IMG/VR virus record: IMGVR_UViG_3300023252_000182
Location: 1 to 44,365 of that record
Reading direction: 5' to 3' (one strand)
Length of the DNA stretch: 44,365 bases
Origin: a virus
Taxonomy: Duplodnaviria; Caudoviricetes
Shown: positions 26,677 to 33,963 of the stretch, piece after piece
How the letters are laid out: each line of letters begins with the position of its first letter
Numbering within the stretch: the stretch's first letter is position 1
Notes under the pieces: generated by a model
The model's database searches: none
What the model saw: the letters and a program-made list of their open reading frames with translations, nothing else
Told to the model about the DNA's origin: nothing
Translations under genes and position numbers: made by a program

Positions 26677-26970
26677 ATGGCTAAGTACGAAGTAATTCGC
26701 CCCTGGAATGGCGTAGAGCTGGGGCAGATGCTGGAATTGGAAACTCTCCACCCGGCGCTAAAATCCAACGTTCGTCTGATGCGTGGTGAGGCTGGTGGTG
26801 AATTGACACCGGCAACGCCTGATGCTGGCAATGAAGCGAAATCACGCAAAGAGATCATCGCCAAACGCCTGACCGAGCTGGGCATCGAGTTCAAAGGTAA
26901 CCTTGGTGCTGAAAGGTTGGCCGAGCTTCTGCCTGACGGCGAACTTGAAAATCTCTTCCCCGCTGAATAA
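26677..26970 (+). CDS. Small head-associated protein
   Basis: Follows the capsid gene; LTELGIEFKGNLGAERLAELL helix-extension-helix-like end. Confidence 0.7.
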   Translation: MAKYEVIRPWNGVELGQMLELETLHPALKSNVRLMRGEAGGELTPATPDAGNEAKSRKEIIAKRLTELGIEFKGNLGAERLAELLPDGELENLFPAE

Positions 26971-26972
26971 CA

Positions 26973-26996
26973 GCCGCCGCTAAGGCGGTTTTTTTA
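26973..26996 (+). terminator. Terminator after the capsid genes; second hairpin at 26998-27014
   Basis: GCCGCC-gctaa-GGCGGT followed by a T run. Confidence 0.85.
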
Positions 26997-27036
26997 TGCC
27001 CCGCTTCGGCGGGGTATTTCTTTACAGGAATCAGCC

Positions 27037-27435
27037 ATGGTGACTATTGAAAAGGCCAAAGAATACCTTGAGTCACAGGGTATCACTTTGCCTGATTTCG
27101 TCCTGGAGGCTCTGGTGGATCAGGCAAACAGCATTCAGGAATGCCTGGATGCACATTATCCTGCTTCCACAGCACTACTGATACAGCTCTACTTGCTGGC
27201 ACTTATGGGGTTAGGCCAGGGCGATAAGTACATCAGCTCACAAACAGCGCCAAGTGGTGCGTCACGGTCATTCCGCTATCAAGCATTCTCCGACCGCTGG
27301 AAGGGGGCGCTGAATCTGCTGCGCGGGCTCGACAAACAAGGTTGTGCAGTATCTATAACTCCACCTGACCCAACCAATAAAGCTTTTGCCGGTGTCTGGA
27401 TTGGCAAAGGCGGTTGCATGTGTGGCGGTAACTGA
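27037..27435 (+). CDS. Head-tail adaptor
   Basis: Position; ISSQTAPSGASRSFRY pattern. Confidence 0.7.
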   Translation: MVTIEKAKEYLESQGITLPDFVLEALVDQANSIQECLDAHYPASTALLIQLYLLALMGLGQGDKYISSQTAPSGASRSFRYQAFSDRWKGALNLLRGLDKQGCAVSITPPDPTNKAFAGVWIGKGGCMCGGN

Positions 27436-27605
27436 TGGTGTGGATTACGGTAACGGAGCGCCTACCCAAGCCATTTGTGCGAGTCTGGATAAAAACCGAT
27501 ACCAATAAGCAAACCACTGGCTTCGTGAGCAGTAGCGGTGAATGGACAATCAATTGCCCTCGAATCGCAACTGAGCGGCCATCAGTGGTTAGTTGGAGGG
27601 AGTGA
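27435..27605 (+). CDS. 56-aa DUF551-like protein (absent from ORF track)
   Basis: MVWITVTERLPKPFVRVW...VVSWRE; TGATG coupling. Confidence 0.65.
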   Translation: MVWITVTERLPKPFVRVWIKTDTNKQTTGFVSSSGEWTINCPRIATERPSVVSWRE

Positions 27606-27606
27606 C

Positions 27607-27954
27607 ATGTCTTCTGTAGCTGATTGGTCGTATACAGCAGAGGCCACTTTCTGGCGAAACCTTGGCAACAGTGAAGCGGGCGATCCACTTGGATGGGCAA
27701 TGCCTGAAATCATCATGTGCGATTACGAAGGTGGGTTATCGAAAAAACTGAGCAATATCGGTTCTGAGATAACGGTAAAAAATACCGTCTGGACTGAGTT
27801 CACGGGGGCTAAGGCTGGCGACTACCTATTAATTGGAAAGTCTACAGCTGTAGACCCGATCGCTGCAGGTGCTGATGAAGTAATGCAAGTAGTACGGTAT
27901 GCCGATACGTTTGAGCGCCTCGCTGAAGACATCGCCATCCTGACGGGAGCGTAA
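27607..27954 (+). CDS. Head closure protein
   Basis: Start MSSVADW after GGAG; position in the neck module. Confidence 0.65.
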   Translation: MSSVADWSYTAEATFWRNLGNSEAGDPLGWAMPEIIMCDYEGGLSKKLSNIGSEITVKNTVWTEFTGAKAGDYLLIGKSTAVDPIAAGADEVMQVVRYADTFERLAEDIAILTGA

Positions 27955-27956
27955 CC

Positions 27957-28355
27957 ATGGGCGTAAAGATAAAGGGCGTCAAGGCAGCACAGCGACGCTT
28001 GGATGCTGTCGTAGAGGATGTTCGGACACGTAAAGCGGTTAGGGCAATCAAATCCGCAATGTTCATTATCGGTGCAGAGTCAGCACTTATGACGCCGATG
28101 GATACCGGCACCCTGGTGAACTCACAGTTCCAAGAAACCATGATTAACGGCACGCGCATTACTGGCCGCATTGGGTACTCCGCTAACTACGCCGTCTACG
28201 TTCACAACGCCAGTGGCATCATGAAGGGACTGCCTAGGCCAAACAACCGAGGTAATTATTGGGATCCGTCTGGCGAACCCAAATTCCTGACAAAAGCGGC
28301 CGAGAAAACTCGACGTCAGGTGGATGACATAATCCGGAAGGAGATGAAGCTGTGA
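27957..28355 (+). CDS. HK97 gp10-like neck protein
   Basis: TPMDTGTLVNS...YAVYVH...PKFL motifs. Confidence 0.8.
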   Translation: MGVKIKGVKAAQRRLDAVVEDVRTRKAVRAIKSAMFIIGAESALMTPMDTGTLVNSQFQETMINGTRITGRIGYSANYAVYVHNASGIMKGLPRPNNRGNYWDPSGEPKFLTKAAEKTRRQVDDIIRKEMKL

Positions 28356-28735
28356 CCCCTCCAATGTATCGCCGCCTCCGCGACCACTTCGAAGATGCAG
28401 GGCTGACTGCTGGCTTCACCATCCAAATTCTGATGTGGAATGACACAGGCAAGCCATCCGATGCCTTCATTGTGTTCCGCTCAGGCGGTGGATCTAACGT
28501 TCAGCATGACCGTGGTGGTGATTTTTTCGTGATGGTCGATGTAGTTGGCGCGAAAGGCAACAACGCTGAAGCAGATGCTGCAGCGAACAGAATTGCTGAT
28601 TTCATCAGTGACCAGGAAGGCGCTGATAGTTGCGTTGGGGCCATGAGGTTACTTGGTGGGCTTCCTGCACCTATTGTGTCGGCAGAAGGCCGTATCATTT
28701 ACCGACTGTTGGTCTGCTGCACCTACGGCGAATAA
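28352..28735 (+). CDS. Tail terminator protein
   Basis: Position before the tail tube gene; size. Confidence 0.7.
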   Translation: MTPPMYRRLRDHFEDAGLTAGFTIQILMWNDTGKPSDAFIVFRSGGGSNVQHDRGGDFFVMVDVVGAKGNNAEADAAANRIADFISDQEGADSCVGAMRLLGGLPAPIVSAEGRIIYRLLVCCTYGE

Positions 28736-28755
28736 CCGCACATATCTATCCATCA

Positions 28756-28779
28756 GGCTGCCTACGGGCGGCCTTTTTT
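28756..28779 (+). terminator. Intrinsic terminator
   Basis: GGCTGCC-tacg-GGCGGCC followed by a T run. Confidence 0.75.
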
Positions 28780-28796
28780 ATTTGAAGAGGTAACAC

Positions 28797-29546
28797 ATGC
28801 AAGGTTGTCCAAATGACACCGGCAAGCTGATCGGTAAAGTTGCCGTTCTTCGTGCTGCATTCGGTTGTGCTGATGCACTGCCAGCTCTAAGCGACTGGAA
28901 GCGCCTTGGTGCGCTGACAACTAAAGGGTTCGATTTCTCCCCTAACACGGTGACGTCAGAGGCAGACGATACCAAAGGGCTCGTTGAGAGCCTTGTAACG
29001 AACATGGATTTCACCATTTCTGGGGAGGGTGAGTTCCGTAAAAAGGACAAAACTACTGAGATCGGCGCGATTCATATCTCTAAGTACATCTTTGATGAAG
29101 TGCAGGCGGGACGGCAGCCAACCTTATGGCTTCGTTTCGACTTCGTTGGCGAAGATTCTGGCACCTACATCATGGGCTACTTCAACACTACATCCTGGTC
29201 TGGTGATTTCGGCGGCACTGATATTTCCACTTTCTCTGGTGAGTGGAAAGTAGCTGATGCCGATACCGTGGTGTTTGAAGTCGGTGATGATATTCCGGTT
29301 ACTGGCGTCACTGTAGCACCGGCGACAGCAAGCATTGCTGTAGGGGCGACTCAGCAACTCACCACTACCTTTGTGCCAGTTGATGCCAGTGATAAAACCG
29401 GCACCTGGTCATCTTCTGCTACCGGCAAGGCCACGGTTAATCAATCAGGTCTGGTTACTGGTGTCTCTGCTGGCTCGGCGATTATCACTTTCACCTCTAA
29501 CGATGGCGCTAAGACATCGACCAGTGCGATCACTGTCACCGCGTAA
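28797..29546 (+). CDS. Major tail tube protein with C-terminal Ig-like (Big_2) domain
   Basis: VTGVTVAPATASIAVGATQQLT...WSSS...ATVNQSGLVTGV. Confidence 0.9.
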   Translation: MQGCPNDTGKLIGKVAVLRAAFGCADALPALSDWKRLGALTTKGFDFSPNTVTSEADDTKGLVESLVTNMDFTISGEGEFRKKDKTTEIGAIHISKYIFDEVQAGRQPTLWLRFDFVGEDSGTYIMGYFNTTSWSGDFGGTDISTFSGEWKVADADTVVFEVGDDIPVTGVTVAPATASIAVGATQQLTTTFVPVDASDKTGTWSSSATGKATVNQSGLVTGVSAGSAIITFTSNDGAKTSTSAITVTA

Positions 29547-29600
29547 CTATCACAAAGGGCATGCACGTGCCCTTGATGATAATTATTCGAGGTTTAATCA

Positions 29601-30278
29601 ATGATACCGTTCACCGAAATTGGCGAGATGCTGATCTCCGATGCTGACCGCGATTACTTCTTTAGGCCGTCGTTCGCCAACATGTCCCGCATAGGTTCGC
29701 CTGCGGCGATTGTGGAGCGTTTTGCCGAACTTCATACCAGCGATGCCCCGAGGTTACTTGAAGCCGCCATGGAAGCATATGGCGCGATCCCTGCGTGGTT
29801 ACTGGAACACATCAATGCACCTTCATTCAGTAGCGATGCCATCTATGCTGGGATGATAGTCATGCAAGCTTGCTGTGATGATGATATCAGTGCGCTGGTG
29901 GGGGAGTTGCGGCCAAGCAAACGAGGTAAAAGGGCATTTGTGTTTCGCCAGGGCAAGATGCCGGTAAGCGATATCATCGTGCTTGGACAAGCCCTCATTA
30001 CTCACGGCATCATCGGAAAGGCAAAGGTGCGCAAGCTTCAGCGGCATGAGTCGAACAGCTATGTGAACGAGTTCAACGCTTTCGAGTACATCAGCGCTGC
30101 CAGAAACCACTTCAGCATGCCGCGCGCCGAGGCTGAGAGGCTTACGATGACCGAATTTCAGCTATTGCTGGCTGCCAAGTATCCTGATCAGAAAGGTTTC
30201 ACACGTGAAGAGTATGACCAGGTAATGGACGAAGATGACAAGCGTTGGCAGGCGATGATGAAAACGCAAAAAAATTAG
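29601..30278 (+). CDS. Tail assembly chaperone (DUF6246-like)
   Basis: Between the tail tube and tape measure genes; YFFRPSF and LTMTEF motifs. Confidence 0.75.
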   Translation: MIPFTEIGEMLISDADRDYFFRPSFANMSRIGSPAAIVERFAELHTSDAPRLLEAAMEAYGAIPAWLLEHINAPSFSSDAIYAGMIVMQACCDDDISALVGELRPSKRGKRAFVFRQGKMPVSDIIVLGQALITHGIIGKAKVRKLQRHESNSYVNEFNAFEYISAARNHFSMPRAEAERLTMTEFQLLLAAKYPDQKGFTREEYDQVMDEDDKRWQAMMKTQKN

Positions 30279-30418
30279 TAGCCCTTAAACGAAGTAGAAG
30301 ACAAATCAGATAACGCATTTTTCGCTAATGCTGGTGTACGTTGGCGCTGTGCAAGTGACTACAACGCAACTCAAAGCGGTTTAACGCAATTCAAGGGAAA
30401 CAAACCCGCTTGTCGACA

Positions 30419-30447
30419 TTGAAAGATCACCATTAAGGTAATACACT
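30419..30447 (+). promoter_or_regulatory. Sigma70-like promoter for the Panacea operon
   Basis: TTGAAA-17-TACACT. Confidence 0.6.
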
Positions 30448-30508
30448 CCAACTCAAATGATAGTAGTTACCCCTTTAGATTTATCCGTTTTTGAGTTTTG
30501 GAGGCATT

Positions 30509-31081
30509 ATGTTTAGCGAAGAAAAAGTAGCTCAGATGGCTGCTTACCTGCTGCTTAAGCGCGGCGGTCGCATGGCATATTTAAAACTCATGAAATTACT
30601 TTACCTATCAAACCGGCAATCCATGGTTAAACATGGGCGAATGATGGGTGAGGATCGTCTCTTCTCAATGCAGCATGGTCCTGTCATGTCTACGACACTC
30701 GATTTGATTCGTGGCAGAGCGGATATAGATGGGGCGTACTGGTATCAACTGATTCAGACTGACAGGCATGATGTAGTCCTGCGTGCAGATCCGCGAACAA
30801 TGGATGCGGATGAAGTTTTTGACGAACTGAGCAAATCTGATGTCAGAATTCTCGATGAGATCTATGCTCAATACGGGCATATGAACAGATACGAATTACG
30901 AGATATGACACACTTGATGGATGTTTGCCCTGAGTGGCATGATCCGGGTTTTTCTCGGACTCCTATTAACGTTCTTGAAATTTTTCTTAACGAAGGAAAA
31001 TCCCAAGAAGAGGCAGAAAACATGCTTAGAAGCATGTGTGAGTCTCAACAGCTTAAGGAGTTTTCTTCTCAATTGTCATGA
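30509..31081 (+). CDS. Panacea (DUF4065/SocA-like) antitoxin
   Basis: LKLMKLLYL, HGPV, YGHMNRYELRDMTH and PEW motifs; GGAGG SD. Confidence 0.9.
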   Translation: MFSEEKVAQMAAYLLLKRGGRMAYLKLMKLLYLSNRQSMVKHGRMMGEDRLFSMQHGPVMSTTLDLIRGRADIDGAYWYQLIQTDRHDVVLRADPRTMDADEVFDELSKSDVRILDEIYAQYGHMNRYELRDMTHLMDVCPEWHDPGFSRTPINVLEIFLNEGKSQEEAENMLRSMCESQQLKEFSSQLS

Positions 31082-31530
31082 CTACATTTCAGCCATACAG
31101 AAAAGGAACCGTTCTGGCTCCAACTGGGCCCTGCAATCATTTGCATGTGATTTGCAATGATCCAGTATTTTATCCAATTAATGACTGTTATTGCATTTTG
31201 GTCGTTAACATCTCGAGTATTAAGCATGGTGTTCCTCATGATGATGCGTGCATTTTAGATGTTGGTGACCATATCTTCATTAGGCACCCAAGCTATGTTG
31301 TTTACGCTGAAGCGGTAATTTGGCGAGTGGACAATGTTTCAAGTAAGCAAGCCACTGGTGAAATAGTTACTCATGCTGATATGCCAGATGCAGTGTTTGA
31401 AAGAATTTTAGCCGGTTTTGACATCTCTGAACAAGTGAAACCGAAAAACCTTAAGTTCAAAGCAAACTATTGCATGATTGAAGAAGAAAACGACGAAGAT
31501 GATCAAGCGGAACAAATGACAGGTTCATAA
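31078..31530 (+). CDS. Candidate toxin, PemK/MazF-like fold
   Basis: ATGA-coupled to the antitoxin; GTVL...HLHVIC...ILVVNISS...HPSYVVY pattern; fold is inferred. Confidence 0.6.
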   Translation: MTTFQPYRKGTVLAPTGPCNHLHVICNDPVFYPINDCYCILVVNISSIKHGVPHDDACILDVGDHIFIRHPSYVVYAEAVIWRVDNVSSKQATGEIVTHADMPDAVFERILAGFDISEQVKPKNLKFKANYCMIEEENDEDDQAEQMTGS

Positions 31531-31551
31531 GACTGACTATCATCTCAAATA

Positions 31552-31610
31552 GAACCCACCTTCGGTGGGTTTTTGCTTTCTGGTCCCCAAAAAAGCCCAC
31601 CGAAGTGGGC
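31552..31610. terminator. Two convergent terminators
   Basis: AACCCACC-ttc-GGTGGGTTTTT (+) and GCCCAC-ttcg-GTGGGCTTTTTT (-). Confidence 0.85.
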
Positions 31611-31619
31611 ATAAATTGC

Positions 31620-32570
31620 TTACTCACCTATCTGTGGTGATAGGTCGTGCTCGCGGTGCATCCGGTAAAATATTCTAAAGTTGTCCTGTCTAAACAAGCC
31701 GACTTCAATGTGTGATGACTCCCTGCACAGCAGCTTTCGAGATTCGTTAATCGTCCTGGGTGACTCGAGCGGCATTGAGTAATAAGCGCCCGCCAATCTA
31801 TGCTCGGCAACTCGAAGTATTGGATAAACCTGCTTCATGTAGTCGCACATATAGGTGGCGTAACTCCACAGCCATGAGAGCGTGCAAAGCTCATCATCGG
31901 TAAATTGACGGGCTATTTGTGGCAGCTCTATCTGCTTACCCAGGTATTCGCCATCCAGCACAATGCGGTGAACGTATTCGATAGCCTGCGGGATCTGCTC
32001 CGGGGTTAAGTCCTCTATGCTCTCTACGGCAAAGCGCTGGTGGATGATTGAATAGGCTTCCGGGTACATCAGGTGCTTCTTGCTGACCAGCATGTTCACC
32101 GCGTCGCGCAGTGGGGTGCGGTCGTCAACGGTTGTGGCTGGCTTGCGAACGGCAGCGCCTTTCGTCCAGTAGTCGTGCAGAACGGTGAAGCACTCTTCCT
32201 GATAGGCGATCAGCTTGTCGCGGATATCGGCGCGCACCTTTGATGGGTTGATGCTGAACAGCCACCCGTTAAGCTTCTTCAGTGGGATGCAGAGCAGCTT
32301 ACGAATTCTGCCGTCAGCGGCAACCATAGAGATATCTCTACAGTCGAATTTTGAATGAACACTGTCAACCATGCTCATATGAGGATGGTTGGTTTTCTTC
32401 ATATCTTCCATTAGCTTGCGGTGCTGAGTTGTCCAGCTCATGCTGAGGTTCTCAACGATAGGCTTCATTGCCACATAAGCCACACCGGCGGCCATCGCAG
32501 TGATGATAGGTTGTCCATGGAACTGGACGGATGAAGTGTTAACTGTTTCAAGAATTGATATACTGCTCAT
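31620..32570 (-). CDS. ant: P22 Ant-like antirepressor
   Basis: YVAMKPIVENL, LNGWLFSINPSKV, YQEECFTVLHDYW; C-terminal FTDDELCTLSWLW domain. Confidence 0.92.
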   Translation of the reverse strand: MSSISILETVNTSSVQFHGQPIITAMAAGVAYVAMKPIVENLSMSWTTQHRKLMEDMKKTNHPHMSMVDSVHSKFDCRDISMVAADGRIRKLLCIPLKKLNGWLFSINPSKVRADIRDKLIAYQEECFTVLHDYWTKGAAVRKPATTVDDRTPLRDAVNMLVSKKHLMYPEAYSIIHQRFAVESIEDLTPEQIPQAIEYVHRIVLDGEYLGKQIELPQIARQFTDDELCTLSWLWSYATYMCDYMKQVYPILRVAEHRLAGAYYSMPLESPRTINESRKLLCRESSHIEVGLFRQDNFRIFYRMHREHDLSPQIGE

Positions 32571-32643
32571 GTCTTTTATCCTTGTGCGGATGGGGGACAA
32601 ATCAGAAGCCCTGACTGTTCGCGCAGTTGGGGCTTCGCTCTTT
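32571..32643 (+). ncRNA. sar: Sar-like antisense RNA covering the ant ribosome-binding site
   Basis: Hairpin GAAGCCC-TGACTG-ttcgcg-CAGTTG-GGGCTTC resembles the P22 sar hairpin (recalled); TATACT -10 at 32559-32564 inside the ant 5' end. Confidence 0.7.
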
Positions 32644-32691
32644 GGTGCAAATTACACCGGGCATAACTTGTCAATTAGAGTATACAAATGT

Positions 32692-32741
32692 CATGACTAG
32701 TCATGTATGATGATGCTATAGCCGTTCCTTTAAGGTGTCAA
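32692..32741 (-). promoter_or_regulatory. Pant-like promoter with a palindromic operator
   Basis: TTGACA-17-TAGCAT on minus (32741-32713); perfect palindrome CATGACTAGTCATG at 32692-32705. Confidence 0.65.
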
Positions 32742-32746
32742 TACTA

Positions 32747-33259
32747 ATGATGACTAACAATGACTCTGTAGCGTCTCGAATTGCCGAACGAAGGGCGATG
32801 TTAGGGTGGTCGCAGAATAAGCTGGCGAACCAGTCAGGTGTAGCACCTGCACAAATTTCCAGGTATGAAGCTGGGACCAATCAGCCAACGAAACCTGTTA
32901 TCGCGAAGTTGGCTAATGCTTTGGGTGTGTCTTTTGACTGGCTGGCATATGGTGCTGATAGCTGCACTACTGAGCAGGGGCAGGTCAGCTCTGCAAGAGA
33001 TCCGCAAATCAACGTCAGGCTACCCCAGGATTTAAAGGACGCAGTTCATAACATGGCTGCAGATAACAAACGTTCGGTTAACTCAGAGATCGTTGCTGTT
33101 CTTCTCGAAGCTGTTCGCAGGCATAGCCTTTCCCCCCTTGATGGTACGGAGGGAATGCTGTTGCGTGCTAAAGAGTTCTTGCTTCCAAGTGAGATACTTG
33201 AGGATATTGCCAACAGAGCCGCCGAGAGAGCCCTAAAGTTGGACAGAGAAAAGAAGTAA
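32747..33259 (+). CDS. XRE-HTH / Arc-Mnt ribbon-helix-helix fusion regulator
   Basis: WSQNKLANQSGVAPAQISRYEAG, then DPQINVRLPQDLKDAV...KRSVNSEIV; exact start uncertain. Confidence 0.85.
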   Translation: MMTNNDSVASRIAERRAMLGWSQNKLANQSGVAPAQISRYEAGTNQPTKPVIAKLANALGVSFDWLAYGADSCTTEQGQVSSARDPQINVRLPQDLKDAVHNMAADNKRSVNSEIVAVLLEAVRRHSLSPLDGTEGMLLRAKEFLLPSEILEDIANRAAERALKLDREKK

Positions 33260-33262
33260 CTC

Positions 33263-33286
33263 AACCCGCTTGGCTGCGGGTTTTTT
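33263..33286 (+). terminator. Intrinsic terminator
   Basis: AACCCGC-ttggct-GCGGGTT followed by a T run. Confidence 0.85.
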
Positions 33287-33353
33287 CGTTGCCACCGCCG
33301 CACCCTCTGCTACCATGTAACGACTTGTTACTTGTCTATGGGAAAAGGACTAA

Positions 33354-33893
33354 ATGAAAAAGTGGAAGATTTTGATTTTGGTGCTGGTTGGTTTGTTACT
33401 AGCGTCACTAATTGCTGTTTTATTGGTGCCTAGAGATAATGCTGAAAAAGCAGGAATGATTTCTGTATGCAGTAATATCACCAAGGAAAAAATGAAATCA
33501 CCAAGCTCCTACATTATTGACAAATCAGCAGTCATAGTTAGAGATGCCAATGAAGCAGAAACCAATTCAAAATTGACTGAGACCGCAATGGAACGTCTTC
33601 GCCCGTACATTGAGGATGGTCGAATGAAGTATAAAATTGCTGAAGTTTACATAGATTATGAGGCGAAAAACTCTTTCGGTGTTCTGATAAAAAATAGTGC
33701 CGCTTGTTACTATGACATTATATCATCAAGTTCGAGTAATTCTTATGATATGACGCGTGCGAACATTTCAGGCAATGATTTCATGGGAACCGATCTTTAT
33801 ATAATGCTTGCAGCTGACGATGGGAAAATTGGAAGAGGCGGTTTTATGCAAAAGTATGAATACATAAAAAATGTAGTCACAGGCGTGATGTAA
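33354..33893 (+). CDS. Moron: membrane-anchored or exported protein
   Basis: AT-rich, N-terminal TM, MKSPSS and YEAKNSFG motifs; own promoter TTGCCA-16-TACCAT (33289-33316) and terminator. Confidence 0.8.
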   Translation: MKKWKILILVLVGLLLASLIAVLLVPRDNAEKAGMISVCSNITKEKMKSPSSYIIDKSAVIVRDANEAETNSKLTETAMERLRPYIEDGRMKYKIAEVYIDYEAKNSFGVLIKNSAACYYDIISSSSSNSYDMTRANISGNDFMGTDLYIMLAADDGKIGRGGFMQKYEYIKNVVTGVM

Positions 33894-33920
33894 TACAAGA
33901 AAGTAATAATCACCTTATCT

Positions 33921-33945
33921 AACCTCGCTACGGCGGGGTTTTTTT
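33921..33945 (+). terminator. Intrinsic terminator
   Basis: AACCTCGC-tacg-GCGGGGTT followed by a T run. Confidence 0.85.
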
Positions 33946-33963
33946 ATGCCCGGAGATAGGTAA

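Noticed and set aside
30265-30313. A-AAA-AAT slippery sequence at the end of the tail chaperone gene (gpG/gpGT-type frameshift)
   Set aside because: The -1 frame adds only about 12 residues before a stop, so there is no gpT-like extension.
32611-32626. CTG-N10-CAG as a LexA box for ant
   Set aside because: GC-rich spacer and poor flanks; it is part of the sar-like hairpin.
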